This document shows positions 9,046-19,008 of a stretch of 64,000 bases of DNA, piece after piece (positions within the stretch are counted from its first letter, which is position 1; each line of letters opens with the position of its first letter). The stretch is from assembly GCA_963775465.1 (NCBI GenBank), contig CAVZIW010000006.1, forward strand, positions 32,001 through 96,000, in the 5' to 3' direction. The translations under genes and the position numbers were made by a program. The stretch is from Candidatus Bathyarchaeota archaeon (lineage in GTDB: Archaea; Thermoproteota; Bathyarchaeia; Bathyarchaeales; Bathycorpusculaceae). The notes under the pieces are model-generated. The model was not told the DNA's origin. It searched no databases and was given only the letters and a program-made list of their open reading frames with translations.

Positions 9046-10326
9046 TTAAACCACAAAGAGGAAGAAAGCCAATGCCACAAGGGTAACTGTAACGCTCACT
9101 GCGGAGATTGCTATGCATTTTGCAATGGAAAATTCGGGTTTAACTGCTTTGACTGCAAAAGTTGTTAACGCGCCAAGCCAAACGTAAGACACAGCGAACA
9201 TTGAGGTTATTATAGTCCTAAATGTTGCAAGTGCTGCCTCCGTATTCGTTACAACCATTTGAGCTTGAGCTGTAAGCACCCCAACTGCCTCGGCAGGGAA
9301 GTATATTGTTCCTAATGGATCAATAAGCAAGCCAAAAGACACATCGTAGGGATAATAGGTTACAGGCATTGCAAAAGTAGCTATAATGTTTACTAGTCCT
9401 CGGATTACCATAACAACCATTGCGAACCCTGCAGCTACAAAGAGCGGTTTCCATGTTGTTGTGTTTTTTGTGGCTCTCAATATGATATAAATAACTCCTG
9501 CTAGAAGCAACCATGTGAAGAGGAATTGCAGCGGGAAGATTTGTAGGAAACGCACTAACACTCCAGCTGGATCATATTGCGTTGGAGTAACATATTCTCC
9601 TCGGAAATACAACGCGCCTAAACGCATGGTTATGTTAGAGTCTGTTGAATAGTCAAATTGAAGTGTGAGCGAGGTTATGTTTGTCCATATAGGGAAACCA
9701 TGTTCTGTCCAACCAGCTGTATCAGGCCCCAATGGGATGGTCAAGTTGTTCCATTGATCAATCAATGTAACATCAGATAGCAAAGGTGTGAGGTCATATG
9801 TGTAGTAATTTGAATCGCTAAGTGAATAAAGCGTCAAAGTCACGGTTTGAGGAGCGCTTTGAGGTTCTACAAGTTTAATGGTCATGGAAAGGTTTTGGAA
9901 GCCGTTTGGGCTGCAATCAACATTAGATGTATTAGTCAATGCAGCAGAAACTGAATTCGCGTTTGTAGAATCCATCTGTAAACTGCTGTTTCCGAACAAG
10001 CTATAGTAAGCATTGGGATCCGATGGCGGAAGCTGTGTACCTGTCACATAAATTGTATTGTTGTAATAATCGTCAAAAGTATTACTTAACTCAAGGTTTG
10101 AGCTGCTATCCCAATTGGTGGCGTTTGTAAAGGTCTGCATCAACCCAGCAACCGGAGAAGTCAACTCCAATCTAGCTCTAGAAAACTGAGAATACTCGTA
10201 ACCGATTTGCAACCCTATGAAGAGAAGAAGTATAACTATTACTCCAAGATACTTGGGATTATCAATGATTTGCTTGAACGCCTTATGCGGCGCAGTAAGA
10301 ACCTTCACGATGTCATCGAGAAACAT
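9046..10326 (-). CDS. YIP1-family membrane protein with a large inserted extracytoplasmic domain
   Basis: N-terminal VLTAPHKAFKQI plus TM helix, ~220-aa N/S/T-rich domain, then several TM helices. Confidence 0.7.
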   Translation of the reverse strand: MFLDDIVKVLTAPHKAFKQIIDNPKYLGVIVILLLFIGLQIGYEYSQFSRARLELTSPVAGLMQTFTNATNWDSSSNLELSNTFDDYYNNTIYVTGTQLPPSDPNAYYSLFGNSSLQMDSTNANSVSAALTNTSNVDCSPNGFQNLSMTIKLVEPQSAPQTVTLTLYSLSDSNYYTYDLTPLLSDVTLIDQWNNLTIPLGPDTAGWTEHGFPIWTNITSLTLQFDYSTDSNITMRLGALYFRGEYVTPTQYDPAGVLVRFLQIFPLQFLFTWLLLAGVIYIILRATKNTTTWKPLFVAAGFAMVVMVIRGLVNIIATFAMPVTYYPYDVSFGLLIDPLGTIYFPAEAVGVLTAQAQMVVTNTEAALATFRTIITSMFAVSYVWLGALTTFAVKAVKPEFSIAKCIAISAVSVTVTLVALAFFLFVV

Positions 10327-10546
10327 AGTCTTTGCTCCATTTGCAAGGGAGAAATAACGCCCGATTTATTAAGTGTTTGTCAAATCTTTAAACAATAAAA
10401 CAAATCAGCAAGTAAATTTATGAAAAATTAGGCAAACCACAACTAAATATCTTAACAAACTATTTGGCATTCAGTTGGAATGAAAAACCTGCACTTATTT
10501 TGCAAACATTTTAAATCCCTAAACACGATTTCAAAATACGATTGAC

Positions 10547-10813
10547 ATGACCCGAATAAAATGCAAAAAATGCAATAACGTTTGCGAACAAAACTTCGGA
10601 ACAGCTGTCTTAGCGCCGCACATTGGACCACTGCATTATATCAAATGTCCAGCTTGCGGAAAAAGGAGTTGGGTCAACATCTACTCATCTTCAAAAGACC
10701 CAATCACTTGGCCACCAGACGCGAAACAACAAGAACAAGACTTAAAACCTGAGTTAAGCGAAGAAGAACTTGAAAAGAAGCACATAGAAGACTCTAAATA
10801 CGAAAAAATATAA
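10547..10813 (+). CDS. Small zinc-ribbon protein
   Basis: CKKC...H...CPAC with charged C-terminus; directly upstream of ABC genes. Confidence 0.7.
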   Translation: MTRIKCKKCNNVCEQNFGTAVLAPHIGPLHYIKCPACGKRSWVNIYSSSKDPITWPPDAKQQEQDLKPELSEEELEKKHIEDSKYEKI

Positions 10814-10842
10814 TCTAATTAAGCATTTGGCATGTGCCTGCT

Positions 10843-11772
10843 ATGATTGACACAAAAAACCTAACTCGAAAATTCGGCAACTTAACCGCTGTTGACAACC
10901 TGACGCTTCGAGTTGAAGACGGAGAAGTATTCGGTTTCTTAGGACCCAACGGCGCAGGTAAAACCACTACGGTGCGCATGCTTTGTTGTCTAATAGGCAA
11001 AACCAGCGGCGAAGCTACAATAGGAAACTACACGATAGATAAGGAAGAAGATTGCTTAAAGATCCGAAAAATGGTAGGTTTTCTTCCTGAAAACGTCGGA
11101 TTATACGATAGCCTAAGTGCTTACAGGAACCTTGATTTTTACGGACAACTATACGAGGTTCCAGAGTCTAAACGCAAAGAGAACATTGAACATCTTCTAA
11201 AATTGCTTGGGATTTGGGAACGACGCGAAGATGCAGCAGGGACTTTTAGCAAAGGTATGAAACAAAAACTTGCTATTGCACGAGCTCTCATACATGATCC
11301 CCAGCTCTTATTTCTTGATGAACCAACTGCCAATCTTGACCCTGAAGCCTCAAAAACTGTTAGAGACTTTGTCGTTGAACTTAAGAAAGAAAAACGAACA
11401 ATTTTCATTAATACACATAATTTAGATGAGGCAGACCGTCTCTGCGACCGAATCGCTATTCTAAAAACGAAGCTGATTGCGGTTGATTCCCCCAAAAATT
11501 TGGAACGCAGTCTCTACAAACGCAAAACTATAATTCACTTAGAAAGTTTGTCGAACAAAATCATTGATGCCGTAGAAAAATTGTCATCAGTTAAGAACGT
11601 GCGATCAAGTGATAACAAGCTGATCCTTGATATTGATAACCCTGAAAAAGATAACCCTGAAGTGGTAAAAACCATCGTAAAAGCAGATGGAAACATACAG
11701 TACGTAACTGAATTACGCTCCACACTTGAAGACGTTTACTTAAAACTAATACGGGAGGCTCAATCCAAATGA
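10843..11772 (+). CDS. ABC-2 type transporter ATP-binding protein
   Basis: GPNGAGKTT, FSKGMKQK, LFLDEPT. Confidence 0.95.
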   Translation: MIDTKNLTRKFGNLTAVDNLTLRVEDGEVFGFLGPNGAGKTTTVRMLCCLIGKTSGEATIGNYTIDKEEDCLKIRKMVGFLPENVGLYDSLSAYRNLDFYGQLYEVPESKRKENIEHLLKLLGIWERREDAAGTFSKGMKQKLAIARALIHDPQLLFLDEPTANLDPEASKTVRDFVVELKKEKRTIFINTHNLDEADRLCDRIAILKTKLIAVDSPKNLERSLYKRKTIIHLESLSNKIIDAVEKLSSVKNVRSSDNKLILDIDNPEKDNPEVVKTIVKADGNIQYVTELRSTLEDVYLKLIREAQSK

Positions 11773-12530
11773 GACTTTGGAAATCTTTAATTGTAACCAA
11801 AAAAGACCTGAGTGTTTTCCGCAAGAACAAGTATGTTCTCTACTCATTAATCGCCATGCCCATCATACTCGGGGTGGTTCTACCAATAATTTTCATATTT
11901 GCGCTAAACGCCGAAATTACCTCTGGAGCACTTTCTCACGAGCAAGCGTTAGCTGCTGCAGGTCAAATTGTAAATTTAGCAACAATGTATTTTGTTCTAA
12001 TTCCAGCGATTCTCCCTTCAATTATAGCTTCCTATAGCTTTGTCGGGGAAAAAATAGAAAAGAGCTTAGAGCCTCTGCTCGCAACTCCAACAACAGACGG
12101 CGAATTATTACTTGGCAAGAGCTTAGCTTCATTCATTCCTTGTATGGTTGTAACGTATGTTGGAGCAGCAATATCAGCGATAATAATTGATGTCTGGTCA
12201 GTAACTACAAGTCAAATTGGAACGATCTTAATTCCAAACCAATACTGGTTGATAGTTATTGGCGTAATTGCCCCTCTTGCATGCATTATGAGTGTCGAAG
12301 CAAACATAATCGTTTCCTCCAAAGTAAACGACATACGAGCGGCGCAGCAGTTAGGTGGCTTAATCGTGTTGCCGTTGATTTTCCTTGTGATTTTTGCCTC
12401 GACAAGCGCTCAACTCTCAACAATAATAGCTATAGCGGTAATTGTAGCCTTAGCGGTTGCAGATATAGCATTGTTCTACCTTAGCAAGGCAACCTTTCAA
12501 CGCGAAGAAATCCTTACCAAATGGAAGTAA
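11769..12530 (+). CDS. ABC-2 type transporter permease
   Basis: SFVGEKIEKSLEPLLATP...LLGK; ~6 TM helices; ATGA overlap with ATPase. Confidence 0.92.
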   Translation: MRLWKSLIVTKKDLSVFRKNKYVLYSLIAMPIILGVVLPIIFIFALNAEITSGALSHEQALAAAGQIVNLATMYFVLIPAILPSIIASYSFVGEKIEKSLEPLLATPTTDGELLLGKSLASFIPCMVVTYVGAAISAIIIDVWSVTTSQIGTILIPNQYWLIVIGVIAPLACIMSVEANIIVSSKVNDIRAAQQLGGLIVLPLIFLVIFASTSAQLSTIIAIAVIVALAVADIALFYLSKATFQREEILTKWK

Positions 12531-12633
12531 CCCCCTACAACTTTTTTTATAATTTTTTGAGTCTAAACGGTCAACGCTGAGAAATTCCTTTAAGAGCAAG
12601 CTGTCTATTGTAAGTTTTAAGGCGGGGACGGTC

Positions 12634-15600
12634 ATGTCGAAAACCAATCAGAATGGCAACAGCAATGATACTGTTGCTAGCACATTGACATTTCTAAGCA
12701 CCGAAGAAATGATAACCCTGCCCCACGAAGAACTCCTAAAACGCTTAAGAACAACTCCACGGGGACTCAGCTCTGAGCAAGCATCCGAAAACCTCGAAAC
12801 CTATGGTCCAAACGAACTCGCCCGCGAACACAAACACTCCGCTATCAAAGAGTTCCTGCTACATTTCAAAAGCCCCCTTGTAATCATTCTTCTGATTGCA
12901 GGCATAATCACAGGCATTTTGGGACAGCTAACCAATACCACTATCATTTTTGTTATAATTTTTGTCAGTATTATTCTGGACTATTATCAAGAATCGAAAG
13001 CTGAAAAAGCAGCACAACTATTGAAACAAAAAGTCACAACCACGGCAACGGTTCTTAGGGACAATGTTAAACAAGAAATAAAGTTGCCAGAAATTGTCCC
13101 GGGAGATATAATTTTTCTTTCTGCCGGCGACATAGCTCCGGCTGACGCCCGGGTAATCAATGCCAAAGATCTATTCATCAACCAATCCGCGTTAACAGGT
13201 GAATCTTTTCCTGTAGAGAAAACCTCCAACCAAGTAAAAGCTAGCTCCGGTTCTATTGTTGAATGGACCAATTACTGTTTTATGGGTACTTCAGTTGTAA
13301 GCGGCACTGCAACAGCAGTTGTAGTTAGAACCGGTAGTACAACTGAATACGGAAAAATCGCCAAGAAATTAATCGAAAAACATCCAGAGACCGAATTTGA
13401 AAGAGGTATCAAGAGTTTTGGCTTCTTAATCATGCAAGTAACCTTCCTTTTGGTTATGTTCGTCTTTTTGATAATCTCGGTGCGAAATCCCACAACAGAT
13501 GGCGTTGTGGATGCGTTGCTTTTTGCAGTTGCCTTGGCAGTTGGGTTAACTCCTGAACTTTTACCGATGATAATCACCATTAACCTCTCTAGGGGTGCTA
13601 TGGCAATGTCCAAAAAAGGCGTCATAGTAAAACGTTTATCCGCTATCGAAAACTTTGGCAGCATGAACGTACTCTGCACCGATAAGACAGGTACACTTAC
13701 CGAGAACCGTATCAAACTCATTCTTAACGTTGACCTGGAAGGCAAAGAAGACGAAAAAGTTTTCCTTTACTCATTCCTGAATAGCAATTTCCAAACTGGA
13801 CTGCGAAGCCCACTGGACGAAGCCATTCTAAGACATAAAGAAGTTGATACTTCTCAATACATGAAAATTGATGAAGTCCCATTTGACTTTATTCGTAGAC
13901 GTGTCTCCGTTGTGGTTGAGAATGAAGGTGAACGATTCTTCATAGCTAAAGGTGCTCCGGAAGAAATACTCAAAGTTTGTTCTTATTACGAATTAGACAA
14001 GGTGGTTGCCGACCTAGGTGACGAAGCCCGAAAAAGAATCGAGCAGAAATATACTGACTACAGTGCAGAAGGTCTTAGAGTTTTAAGTATCGCTTACAAG
14101 AGGCTAAAAGTAGACAAAGCGGTTTACTCGATAAATGATGAAACAGACATGGTATTTTTGGGCTTTGTGGCTTTTCTTGATCCTCCCAAGGAAACAGCCA
14201 AACAATCGCTCCGGTTACTGGGAAAAGCAGGAATAGAACTCAAAATCTTAACAGGTGACAACGAGTTAGTTACCAGAAAAGTATGTGAGGAACTCGGATT
14301 CGAAGTAAAAGGAGTTGCCCTTGGAAACGACATAGCTAACATAACAGACGAAGCACTTATGGCAATCGTCGAAGAAGCCAACGTCTTCTGTAGAGTCAAC
14401 CCCGTCCAGAAGGACCGAATAATCACACTGCTAAAGAAAAACGGACACGTAGTCGGTTACATGGGCGACGGAATAAACGATGCTCCCTCCCTGCGAACAA
14501 GTGATGTTGGAATCTCGGTCGACAACGCAGTTGATGTCGCAAGAGAGTCAGCTGACATCATACTCTCCAGAAGCGACTTAACCGTTCTAGCTGAAGGCAT
14601 CTTGGAAGGAAGAAAAACATTTGGCAACACCATGAAATACATTCAGCTAGGCGTCAGCTCAAACTTTGGCAACATGTTTAGCGTTGCCGGTGCATCGGTA
14701 TTCTTACCCTTTCTACCCATGTTACCCGTCCAAATTCTACTAAACAACCTTCTCTACGACATGTCCCAATCAACAATCACAACCGACAGAGTAGACGACG
14801 AATACGTTGAACGCCCCAAACGCTGGGACATTGCCTTCATCAGACGATTTATGATTTCATTAGGTCCCGTAAGTTCCCTTTTTGATTTCTTTACCTTTTT
14901 CACAATGCTCTTCGTGTTTATTCCAATAATACCCGCCGCTCTATTATCAAATCCACAGTATCCAGAGCACTTGTTCCAGACTGCATGGTTTATCGAATCT
15001 CTCTGTTCACAGGTACTAGTTGTTTTCGTGATAAGAACCAGGCGAAAACCGTTTTGGAAGAGTAAACCAAGCAAATACCTTCTAATTAGTAGCGCAGCAA
15101 TCGTAACATTCGCTTTAACTGTACCTTTCACTCCGCTTGGAGAAATATTTGGTTTTGTTGCACCCCCATTACTATTTTACCTCGCATTGGCAGCGTTATT
15201 AGGTGGATACCTGGCAACTACTGAAATCGTAAAAATCTGGTTCTACAAACGAAACGCCTATCGTCTCGAACAGATTCTGGTGCCCAAGAGAGCATTATAT
15301 GTTACTAAGACAGCTAAACTGATGCAGGACATGATTGCTACAATAAGTCTCCGAATAGTCGATGAATTCTCTATTGAATCCTTAAACGACGACCTAAACA
15401 CCGCGATAACATATCCTATCAACTCAAACCAGATGGCAAGAAACCTTCAATACCTGAGACGATCAGGATTAATCAGCGTAGACTGGAACAAAAGAGTCAT
15501 AAAACGCGAAAAAGCACTAGATGAATACGTTAAAAAAAGCATTATTGGCGGTCCATTATGGCCAAGCATAAGCGAAGATTGGCGCAAAATACACAATATA

Positions 15601-15660
15601 ATTCTTGAAAAACATGGTGAAGTAAATCCTGAATATCGAGAACTACTCATAAAGCAATAA
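12634..15660 (+). CDS. mgtA: Mg2+-translocating P-type ATPase with ~135-aa C-terminal extension
   Basis: TGES, VGLTPELLP, DKTGTLT, PFDFIRRR, MGDGINDAP, SSNFGNMFS, NLLYD. Confidence 0.93.
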   Translation: MSKTNQNGNSNDTVASTLTFLSTEEMITLPHEELLKRLRTTPRGLSSEQASENLETYGPNELAREHKHSAIKEFLLHFKSPLVIILLIAGIITGILGQLTNTTIIFVIIFVSIILDYYQESKAEKAAQLLKQKVTTTATVLRDNVKQEIKLPEIVPGDIIFLSAGDIAPADARVINAKDLFINQSALTGESFPVEKTSNQVKASSGSIVEWTNYCFMGTSVVSGTATAVVVRTGSTTEYGKIAKKLIEKHPETEFERGIKSFGFLIMQVTFLLVMFVFLIISVRNPTTDGVVDALLFAVALAVGLTPELLPMIITINLSRGAMAMSKKGVIVKRLSAIENFGSMNVLCTDKTGTLTENRIKLILNVDLEGKEDEKVFLYSFLNSNFQTGLRSPLDEAILRHKEVDTSQYMKIDEVPFDFIRRRVSVVVENEGERFFIAKGAPEEILKVCSYYELDKVVADLGDEARKRIEQKYTDYSAEGLRVLSIAYKRLKVDKAVYSINDETDMVFLGFVAFLDPPKETAKQSLRLLGKAGIELKILTGDNELVTRKVCEELGFEVKGVALGNDIANITDEALMAIVEEANVFCRVNPVQKDRIITLLKKNGHVVGYMGDGINDAPSLRTSDVGISVDNAVDVARESADIILSRSDLTVLAEGILEGRKTFGNTMKYIQLGVSSNFGNMFSVAGASVFLPFLPMLPVQILLNNLLYDMSQSTITTDRVDDEYVERPKRWDIAFIRRFMISLGPVSSLFDFFTFFTMLFVFIPIIPAALLSNPQYPEHLFQTAWFIESLCSQVLVVFVIRTRRKPFWKSKPSKYLLISSAAIVTFALTVPFTPLGEIFGFVAPPLLFYLALAALLGGYLATTEIVKIWFYKRNAYRLEQILVPKRALYVTKTAKLMQDMIATISLRIVDEFSIESLNDDLNTAITYPINSNQMARNLQYLRRSGLISVDWNKRVIKREKALDEYVKKSIIGGPLWPSISEDWRKIHNIILEKHGEVNPEYRELLIKQ

Positions 15661-15679
15661 AAAATATAGACTGAAAATC

Positions 15680-16015
15680 TTAGGAATTAGATGTGAGTTC
15701 TGACAACTGTGATTTGCTTAGTCCAACTCCAGGTGTGGCGTCAAGCCTTTTGCGAACTTTGCCCTTTTTAAATAATAGTACAGTGGGATAGTATTCTATA
15801 TCGTATTTGTCGCATAATTCGGGCTTGTCATCGACTACTACACTTAGGCACTCAAGTGGATTGGTTTTCGCGTACTCTTGAAATATCGGTAGAAACCGCT
15901 GTGAATGAGGACACCATGATGCATAGAACAAAACGAATGCTTTCTCCTTGGATTCTAACTCTGCATCTAAATTGTCTTGGGTTTGTTTTTTACTAGATTT
16001 ATCTGCTTTAGACAT
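15680..16015 (-). CDS. Thioredoxin-family protein (CxxS)
   Basis: FYASWCPHS...YDIEYYPTVLLFKKG. Confidence 0.85.
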   Translation of the reverse strand: MSKADKSSKKQTQDNLDAELESKEKAFVLFYASWCPHSQRFLPIFQEYAKTNPLECLSVVVDDKPELCDKYDIEYYPTVLLFKKGKVRKRLDATPGVGLSKSQLSELTSNS

Positions 16016-16020
16016 GTTTT

Positions 16021-16752
16021 TTATATCTCCCTATCTTCCTCAGGGTAATGACTGCTATCGCAAAACGGTTTGTTGCTGGATTTTCCGCATCGACAAAGAG
16101 TTAAACGGTTTCTAACCTCATACATCTTTCCGTTGGCAGAAAATACAGGAATTCCGCCACGAACCCATAGCGGACCATCAACACCCATAGCGGGGTCTTG
16201 GATAAAACCAATAGATTTCTCAAGTGCCGGCTCAATTGTCTTTCCGCTTTCTTTGTCAACTACGACTAAGCGACCTGAAGGGCAATCAGAAGAGTTTTCT
16301 ATAACGTTTTTCCTCGCCCATTGCTCATCGGTTTTCAATATTATATCCCAAATATCTCCACCTCGATGACAAAAACGTGCTGAAGCGCAAAGCATCTCAG
16401 CATCCTTCAACTTCAAAGAAGGACCATTAAACTCTTTTGCCATCTGTTCAAAAGGCAAGTTTTCACTTGTTTCTGCCCCATCAAAATTAGCTTTTACATG
16501 GGACCCATCGCAGAATGGTTTTTTTCTTGATTTTCCACAACGACAAAGAGAGTATTTATCTGAAGTTTGCAGTTTTTCTCCAATTAACCATTCGGCTGGA
16601 GTTTTTTCTTTATTACATTTTATTGTCATTGGATACAAGGGAATGTTTCCAGAAACAAAGTACGGTCCATCCTTTATGACCCTAATTTTAGCGTCATTCG
16701 CTGTTAATGGCTCTTTTATGTTCTCCAATGGCCTCAACTCATACAATAACAA
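16021..16752 (-). CDS. CDGSH iron-sulfur domain protein (two CDGSH domains plus central Fe-S motif)
   Basis: LCRCGKSRKKPFCDGSH, LCRCGKSSNKPFCDSSH, CASARFC...CPSGRL. Confidence 0.92.
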   Translation of the reverse strand: MLLYELRPLENIKEPLTANDAKIRVIKDGPYFVSGNIPLYPMTIKCNKEKTPAEWLIGEKLQTSDKYSLCRCGKSRKKPFCDGSHVKANFDGAETSENLPFEQMAKEFNGPSLKLKDAEMLCASARFCHRGGDIWDIILKTDEQWARKNVIENSSDCPSGRLVVVDKESGKTIEPALEKSIGFIQDPAMGVDGPLWVRGGIPVFSANGKMYEVRNRLTLCRCGKSSNKPFCDSSHYPEEDREI

Positions 16753-17068
16753 AAACTGAAATATTTGGTTCGCAGTTCAAGAAAGATGTTTTTCGTTATT
16801 AAATTTTTTGTAGAGTACCAATACAGTTTTTTTGGCAGATATCCATTGGCAAAATTCAGTTTAGAAAGCCTCCGTAACTCTATTTCTTAATTACTTTTGT
16901 TAAACAAAATAGAATTATTCTTGGCCTAATTATTTTTTGTTTAACATGGCACTTTGTTTTTCCTTTTTCGTATGGAAATTTTTCTGCTCGAACAATATAA
17001 TAAAGGATAATGGGTTGTGTCGTAAAAGATTTTATTAATATAAGTGTGTTATAGTCAAGCTGATATTC

Positions 17069-17422
17069 ATGGACCCTCAATGCGAAATGATCGGCAAATA
17101 CGTTCTGCCAATATATAGATCATTACTTGCGAGGGAACTTGTGGAAAAATACAATTTTTCGCAAACGCAAGCAGCCAAACGTCTTGGCACCACTCAAGCA
17201 GCCGTAAGTCAATATCTCAGTTCAAAACGTGCCATCAAAGGAATCGAGCATGTTGAACAATTTCTTCCTAAAATTCAAGCCATGGCTTCTGAAACTGCAA
17301 AAAAAATAGTGAACAAAGAAATCAGCGCTGGCGACGTAACTGTTGATTTCTGTCATCTTTGCACTACATTTTGCAAAAAAGGCTCGCCTAAATCTGATGA
17401 TGCACCAGAGTATTACATCTAA
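17069..17422 (+). CDS. Archaeal HTH transcriptional regulator (COG2522-like)
   Basis: SQTQAAKRLGTTQAAVSQYLSSKRA; N-terminal PQCE and C-terminal CHLC. Confidence 0.88.
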   Translation: MDPQCEMIGKYVLPIYRSLLARELVEKYNFSQTQAAKRLGTTQAAVSQYLSSKRAIKGIEHVEQFLPKIQAMASETAKKIVNKEISAGDVTVDFCHLCTTFCKKGSPKSDDAPEYYI

Positions 17423-17502
17423 CTCTTAAACTCTACAACACTAATTTAGACAGATAACGAGTGGAAACTGATTATTCAATGAGTAGACCAGGGCTTAACT
17501 TT

Positions 17503-18180
17503 CTAATTATCTGCTATATTTGACCAAAATTTTCTTTTAGCGAAAACAAATGATGTAATGCTAGTGATTAACACCGTGCTAACAAACAAGATGTTGGCAG
17601 CAGTAAGCCATTGTGGGTTTTGAGACATAAAAAGGCACACAGAAGCAAAAAGATATAATGAAACTGCCCCCATAGCAAATTGAGTTATCGTTAGAACCTT
17701 TCTACCCTGGTAAGCTTTAGACTTTAACCCGTTCAAGACAGTTTCAACTCTTTTCGAGACGTCTGGGAGATCATCCAAAATCAATGTTAAGCCGCCAAGC
17801 AGAAAGAACCGTCCGACATTAACTGCCATAGTTGTGTTGTTAACAAAGAAAATTGAGAGGATTGATACTGGGCTATAGAAAAATATGTAGATTGCTGTGA
17901 AAATCAGGACTAAAAACCCATAAAAATAGTGGTGAAACAGAAAACGCCCAGTTTTTAAAGATCTTCCAAGGCATGCACTTGGAAAAATGTTTAGGGTAGC
18001 CGCAGCGATCGCAAACCAAATAAAGTTGCCGTTTAGAAGGAAAGGGTAAAATGGCTGCCAATTGGGAAAAATCCAGTAGAACCCTGCTAGGATCCCAACG
18101 GCGCATGCAATAGTTAACAGTGAGTTGAAAACTAATGAGAGACTGTAAGTTTTTTTGGTAAGCACCCAGATTTTTCTCAT
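17503..18180 (-). CDS. Hypothetical multi-pass membrane protein
   Basis: ~6 TM helices; FHHYFYG and LILDD motifs; likely start MRKIW at 18180. Confidence 0.7.
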   Translation of the reverse strand: MRKIWVLTKKTYSLSLVFNSLLTIACAVGILAGFYWIFPNWQPFYPFLLNGNFIWFAIAAATLNIFPSACLGRSLKTGRFLFHHYFYGFLVLIFTAIYIFFYSPVSILSIFFVNNTTMAVNVGRFFLLGGLTLILDDLPDVSKRVETVLNGLKSKAYQGRKVLTITQFAMGAVSLYLFASVCLFMSQNPQWLTAANILFVSTVLITSITSFVFAKRKFWSNIADN

Positions 18181-18342
18181 CAGTAGTCCTCTTCGCTGTT
18201 GTTGCGAAAATTTGGCGAGCAAAAAATATAAGGATACTTCTAAAAAATGTTTTTGCAACTTTAGAAAGTCTGCAACGTAATGATTTAAACTTCGGTAAGC
18301 GATGATGAAAGGACAAAAAGTTCTTTAAAACTGTCTGTATCG

Positions 18343-18897
18343 CTACAGCATGCGCAACAAATCTGCTTTGGTAATTATTCCAACTATAGACCCTTTTTTG
18401 GATACTAAAACAGCTGAATATGATTGGAGAAGGCTTGTAATTAGCGGCAATGGTGCGTCTTCGTTTATTTGTGGGAAAGCTTCTTCCATGATGCTTTCTG
18501 TTGGAAGTTTGGAGATATCCTCTAAGTCTTTACCCGAGAGGATTTGTCGAAGAATGGCTCTTTCCGATATGCTTCCCACTGATTGTTTGCCCTCGAAAAC
18601 TGGGATTTGAGAATAGCTGTGTTCTTTCATTATCTTTACGACTTTTGATACTGGAGCAGTTTTTTGTACACTGATAACTTCGTTATGCAGAATTTTTTCT
18701 GCTTGAATTTTGGTTTTAAATTCTAATCGTTCGAGAACATCAAAAATTGTTTTAACTTTTGTGTATGACGAATCAATGGTTCCTGCTTCGAGTTTGGCTA
18801 TAAGGGATTGGCTTACTCCTGCCATTTTGGCTAGTTCTTTTTGTTTAAGGCCAAGTTGTCTTCGACGTTTGGCGATGTCTTCAAGGGTTGGAAACAT
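18343..18897 (-). CDS. XRE-HTH + CBS-pair transcriptional regulator (COG3620-like)
   Basis: QKELAKMAGVSQSLIAKLEAG; CBS motifs YSQIPV, GIITKADLL. Confidence 0.92.
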   Translation of the reverse strand: MFPTLEDIAKRRRQLGLKQKELAKMAGVSQSLIAKLEAGTIDSSYTKVKTIFDVLERLEFKTKIQAEKILHNEVISVQKTAPVSKVVKIMKEHSYSQIPVFEGKQSVGSISERAILRQILSGKDLEDISKLPTESIMEEAFPQINEDAPLPLITSLLQSYSAVLVSKKGSIVGIITKADLLRML

Positions 18898-18922
18898 GTT
18901 TTAGGAATGGATTTGATGGTTT

Positions 18923-18942
18923 AATATTCTTTTTGGAATATT
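18923..18942. promoter_or_regulatory. Candidate operator AATATTC-N6-GAATATT between the regulator and metY
   Basis: Perfect 7-bp inverted repeat in the 111-bp divergent intergenic region; AT-rich, so chance is possible. Confidence 0.45.
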
Positions 18943-19008
18943 TCTTACAACAACCCATATAACGCTGTTATCAATGTTTGTGTATAACCAAAACAAGAGG
19001 CAAGAAAA

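Noticed and set aside
16880-17080. 66-aa minus-strand ORF in AT-rich intergenic region
   Set aside because: No motif and overlaps a divergent promoter; likely spurious
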